Assembly: GCA_965238275.1 (NCBI GenBank)
Contig: OZ250186.1
Coordinates: forward strand, 480,001-544,000
Origin: Nitrosopumilus sp.
GTDB taxonomy: Archaea > Thermoproteota > Nitrososphaeria > Nitrososphaerales > Nitrosopumilaceae
Direction of reading: 5' to 3'
Length of the DNA stretch: 64,000 nucleotides
The notes under the pieces are model-generated. The model searched no databases. It worked only from the letters and a program-made list of their open reading frames with translations, and was not told where the DNA came from. How positions within the stretch are numbered: position 1 is the stretch's first letter; each line of letters opens with the position of its first letter. This document shows, piece after piece, positions 60,242-64,000 of this stretch. Position numbers and translations under genes: made by a program.

Positions 60242-61082
60242 GACGGCACAGGACATAACGGACAAGAAGGGCGGCACCAAGATCTCAGTCATTACAAGCT
60301 ACGACTATGCCTTTGCGTCCCTGTGTGACAGGGCCGGAATTGACATACTGCTGGTAGGGGACAGCGGCGGAATGGTAATGCTCGGATACGACAGCACCGT
60401 CCATGTAACCATGGAGCAGATGTGCATGTTTACAGAAGGGGTCAGCAGGGCGAGAAAGGACTCGCTGCTGGTATCTGACATGCCGTTCATGTCATACCAG
60501 ACAGGCGCACGGGATGCCATCAGGAATGCCGGAAGACTGGTAAGTGCAGGAGCCGATGCCGTAAAGCTTGAGGGCGGCGCTGCCATTGCAGGAATAATCA
60601 AGAGCATTACGGATGTGGGAATTCCGGTAATGGGCCACATCGGACTGCAGCCGCAGACCAGCGTGCTCTCGCAGGGGTACAGGATGCAGGGCGAGACAAG
60701 CGAGGCGGCTGCAAGGATGGTCGAGGATGCCAAGGCAATCGAGGCGGCAGGCGCATTCTGCATAGTGGTGGAGAAGACAAGCCGCGAGGTGGCAGACATC
60801 ATAACGGGTACCGTGGGCATACCCACCATTGGAATCGGCGCCGGGAACGGATGTGACGGACAGGTGCTGGTGCTTCAGGACATGCTGGGCATGTATGACA
60901 AGATGAGGCCCAAGTTCGTAAAGAGGTACATGAATCTTGCGCAGGATGTTACTGAGGCACTAAAAGAGTACAAGGCCGATGTGGAGTCGGGAACGTTTCC
61001 CGCAGAGGCCAACTGCTACCGAATGGATCCCGCCGAGGTACGGCGGCTTCCTGACCAGCTGCGTGAGAAATGCGATGTCTAG
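60234..61082 (+). CDS. panB: Ketopantoate hydroxymethyltransferase
   Basis: LVGDS, DMPFMSY, VKLEGG, GHIGLQPQ. Confidence 0.95.
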   Translation: MHKTAQDITDKKGGTKISVITSYDYAFASLCDRAGIDILLVGDSGGMVMLGYDSTVHVTMEQMCMFTEGVSRARKDSLLVSDMPFMSYQTGARDAIRNAGRLVSAGADAVKLEGGAAIAGIIKSITDVGIPVMGHIGLQPQTSVLSQGYRMQGETSEAAARMVEDAKAIEAAGAFCIVVEKTSREVADIITGTVGIPTIGIGAGNGCDGQVLVLQDMLGMYDKMRPKFVKRYMNLAQDVTEALKEYKADVESGTFPAEANCYRMDPAEVRRLPDQLREKCDV

Positions 61083-62307
61083 GGGGGATCATCCTTCGCT
61101 GGACATAGTCTCCTCGCACGGGACAGAACTTGCAGGCAGGAGGGTGGTACTGTGTGTGGCAGGAAGCGTGGCAGCATACAAGGCAATAGAGCTTGCAAGG
61201 CTCCTGATGAGGCACGGCGCCGATGTCACGTGTGCGGCAAGCAATGCTGCTACCAGGCTGATACGGCCCGACTATCTGAAATGGGCCACGGGAAACAACG
61301 TGATAACAAAGCTGTCAGGCAACCTGGAGCATATAAAACTGGCCGACTATGGACAGTCAGATCTGATAATAGTGTATCCGGCCACGGCAAACACGCTTGG
61401 AAGGCTGGCAAACGGGATGGACGACACTCCGATATCCACCATACTGACTGTGGGGTTTGGCGCGGGAATTCCCATTCTGATGTGTCCTGCCATGCACAGT
61501 GCCATGTATGAGAATGCAGCAGTCAGGAGGAACATTGAGTTTCTAAGTGGGAGGATCCAGTTTGCAGAACCGGTCAAAGTCGAGGGAAAGGCAAAGGCCC
61601 CGGAGCCAGAAGACGTCCTGGCGCTGGTGATTGAGAGGTTTGGCGTATACTCACCCCTCAGGGACAAGAGGGTGCTGATGACTGCAGGTCCCACCATAGA
61701 GTACATTGATTCTGTAAGGGCGATAACCAACCTCAGCTCGGGAAGGACAGGAACCCTTCTGGCCTCAGAGATGGTTCGTGCAGGCGCAAGGCTCACGCTG
61801 GTGTACGGCCCGGGACGATACGAGCCGCCCGACGGTGCCAAGGTTATTCGCACCACCACCGGGGGACAGATGCACGAGGCAGTCAAAAGACTGCTCAAAA
61901 AGAGATTCGATGTCATAGTTATGGCCGCAGCAGTCTCTGACTATGTCCCGGAGGTACCATACGAGACGAAGATGGACAGCTCAGATGATGAAGTGACAGT
62001 CAGGCTCAGGAGGGCCCCGAAGATAATTGACACCATCAGGCAGAGCCAAAAGGGCGCGCTGCTGGTAGGGTTCAAGGCGGAGGCAGACGTGACAAGGAAG
62101 AAACTTGTGGAATCTGCCCGCAAAAAGATCACAGAGTCGGGTGCAGACCTCGTCATGGCAAACGACATCGGGGCAAGATACAAAAGGAATACCGATGTAA
62201 ACGAGGTCCTTGCAGTCGACTCAGGGACGGTGGCCTCATCAGGCAGGAGGAGAAAGGAGGAGGTCGCAGTGTTTATCAGAAGAGAGATCGAGCGCAGGAT
62301 AAAATGA
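61075..62307 (+). CDS. coaBC: Phosphopantothenoylcysteine decarboxylase/ligase
   Basis: GSVAAYK, PATAN, PAMH, TAGPT, AAAVSDY, GFKAE. Confidence 0.95.
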   Translation: MSRGDHPSLDIVSSHGTELAGRRVVLCVAGSVAAYKAIELARLLMRHGADVTCAASNAATRLIRPDYLKWATGNNVITKLSGNLEHIKLADYGQSDLIIVYPATANTLGRLANGMDDTPISTILTVGFGAGIPILMCPAMHSAMYENAAVRRNIEFLSGRIQFAEPVKVEGKAKAPEPEDVLALVIERFGVYSPLRDKRVLMTAGPTIEYIDSVRAITNLSSGRTGTLLASEMVRAGARLTLVYGPGRYEPPDGAKVIRTTTGGQMHEAVKRLLKKRFDVIVMAAAVSDYVPEVPYETKMDSSDDEVTVRLRRAPKIIDTIRQSQKGALLVGFKAEADVTRKKLVESARKKITESGADLVMANDIGARYKRNTDVNEVLAVDSGTVASSGRRRKEEVAVFIRREIERRIK

Positions 62308-62462
62308 AGAGGACGGAGATCAAAAGGATGCTTTCACGGTACGAGGCCATCAAACACAGGCACGAAAAGAGGCCCGATGCCAGGCTTGCCGGGATCCTCA
62401 GGGACATAGAGCACAGGTACCATCACGAGACCGGGAAGCCCATAGGGTCCCGGGAGGGATAG
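62304..62462 (+). CDS. Small hypothetical protein, 52 aa
   Basis: ATGA overlap with coaBC; fills the gap to the next gene; MKRTEIK...HRYHHETG. Confidence 0.6.
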   Translation: MKRTEIKRMLSRYEAIKHRHEKRPDARLAGILRDIEHRYHHETGKPIGSREG

Positions 62463-62464
62463 GC

Positions 62465-63292
62465 ATGGAGCCTGCAGAATTCAAGAGGCAGAACATGACA
62501 GTCTGGAACGAGATGGCGCCAAGGTATCACTCCAAGTGGGCAGGCACAGACACCGGCCCGTTCCAGAGCACATCAGAGCTGGTGGATATGGTCGGGGTAA
62601 GGGAGGGAGACCGCGTCTTGGATGTTGCGTGCGGGACAGGGGCAGTCACCCGGAGGCTTGTAGAGAGGGTCGGAGGGGGCGGATACGTTGTGGGGGCCGA
62701 CATGTCAGTGTCTGCAATACGGATTGCGATGGCCCACAACAGGGAGCCCAACCTTCTGTTTGTCAATGCAGACGCAGAGAACCTCTCGTTTGGAAACAGG
62801 TTTGATGTCATAACGTGCCAGCATGCGCTGTTCTTCTTTCCGGATGCATCGCGCGCCCTGAAGAACATGAGGAGGAACCTTGAGGAGTCGGGAGTGCTGG
62901 GCATCTCGGTGCACGGATGCATGGTGCCATACTATACAAGCATTCTTGATGCGGTGACAGAGTTCATTCCCGACTATATCACCCCCGGGACGCCGCGGCT
63001 TGACAGGTACGGCACCGCAGAATCCCTCAGGGACGAGGTGGCGCAGGCAGGATTCTCAGGCGTGCAGGTGCGCGAGTTTGTCTTTACGTACAGTCCCGGA
63101 GATTTTGGGCAGTACTGGAGGATGTACCTAGAGTATGTCTCAAGGCCTGCCAAGGAGAAGATAGAATCGCTTGGAGAGACGCAGATTGGGAGGCTCAAAG
63201 AGGCAGTAAGGGAGAATGCCAAGCAGTATGAGAGGGGGAACGGAGTGATACAGTTTCCCTGGCAAGTTTTAATTCTAACTGCCAGATACTAG
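62465..63292 (+). CDS. Class I SAM methyltransferase (UbiE-like)
   Basis: VLDVACGTG, DAENL, FDVITC. Confidence 0.9.
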   Translation: MEPAEFKRQNMTVWNEMAPRYHSKWAGTDTGPFQSTSELVDMVGVREGDRVLDVACGTGAVTRRLVERVGGGGYVVGADMSVSAIRIAMAHNREPNLLFVNADAENLSFGNRFDVITCQHALFFFPDASRALKNMRRNLEESGVLGISVHGCMVPYYTSILDAVTEFIPDYITPGTPRLDRYGTAESLRDEVAQAGFSGVQVREFVFTYSPGDFGQYWRMYLEYVSRPAKEKIESLGETQIGRLKEAVRENAKQYERGNGVIQFPWQVLILTARY

Positions 63293-63308
63293 TCTCAGGG
63301 GAGTAAAG

Positions 63309-63815
63309 ATGGGCAGGAAGAAAAAGGACGTTGCAGGGAAGAAGAAGAAGAAAAAGTCCGACTTTGGCGCATTCCTCAAAAAGAGGGCCCCGATCTACCT
63401 GGGAATACTTGCGCTGTTTGTGGTGTTTGTGGTGCCGTTACTGACGGCAAAGAGCCTGGATGACACGTTTCCTGATCTTTCAGAACAGGAGCAGAGGGTG
63501 GTGGAGGCGCTGATGGGGTATGACGGGGGCGACGGAACGGGACTGACGGTGATGGAGGCAATCGAGGAGAAGATTGACAAGGTGTATCCGGAGGATGGCA
63601 TATTTGATGACAAGAGGACCACGGTGAGCCTTGCCATAAACAGGACTGTCGGTGATGATCTACCCAATGACGAGGTGTACAGGGTGGTGCTTGACTTTGA
63701 GTCGTACAGGGGCCAGATGGAGTACAGCTGGAACGTGGATATGGTATCAGGCAGCATTACTCCAAACAATGCAGAGGCAAAGCACGTCACAGAGCTAGTC
63801 GAGTTTTACGACTAG
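63309..63815 (+). CDS. Membrane-anchored hypothetical protein
   Basis: Lys-rich N-terminus, one TM, acidic domain. Confidence 0.7.
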   Translation: MGRKKKDVAGKKKKKKSDFGAFLKKRAPIYLGILALFVVFVVPLLTAKSLDDTFPDLSEQEQRVVEALMGYDGGDGTGLTVMEAIEEKIDKVYPEDGIFDDKRTTVSLAINRTVGDDLPNDEVYRVVLDFESYRGQMEYSWNVDMVSGSITPNNAEAKHVTELVEFYD

Positions 63816-63822
63816 CCGCGCA

Positions 63823-64000
63823 TCAGACCACCAGCAGGTCCTTGGTAAACTTGTGCATGACGGTGGGACGGTCGCCTGCTGCCACCATCAGCGAGTCCTC
63901 TATGCGGATTCCAAAGGAGTCCTCTATGTATATGCCCGGCTCCACGGTTATGGCCATGTTCTTTTTCAGCTCGGTTTGTACCCCCGCAGAGACTGCCGGA
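63823..64000 (-). CDS. Xaa-Pro aminopeptidase (M24), C-terminal part
   Basis: Hand translation TVEPGIY..GIRIED; truncated by the window edge. Confidence 0.88.
   Translation of the reverse strand, partial: PAVSAGVQTELKKNMAITVEPGIYIEDSFGIRIEDSLMVAAGDRPTVMHKFTKDLLVV

Overview
Archaeal chromosome window, most likely Nitrososphaerota (Thaumarchaeota, Nitrosopumilaceae-like). Support: a PEFG-CTERM protein, tetraether synthase Tes, GatDE, archaeal PoK/PPS-panB-coaBC CoA genes, aPelota, Cdc48, rpl2 and an archaeal SRP RNA. High IS density plus TPR and HYR proteins suggests a host-associated lineage such as a sponge symbiont (inference only). From left to right: a surface-glycosylation locus interrupted by an IS66 and an IS481; tes/trmB/dtxR; a second IS66; rpl2-acyP; then a stack of RNA-guided mobile elements. 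That stack comprises a stand-alone intact TnpB and a decayed IS110 that carries an 88-bp MITE and a candidate bridge-RNA end. It is followed by SRP RNA and housekeeping genes, an AT-rich accessory islet (direct-repeat-flanked multi-wHTH/Zn-ribbon cassette, probable tyrosine-integrase relic, Fic), cdc48, a frameshifted IS5, gatDE, TPR genes, an ABC/COG1361 operon, a wHTH-nucleotidyltransferase fusion, a scrambled and duplicated NUDIX gene, and the CoA operon. All calls come from reading motifs by eye; no database searches were run.
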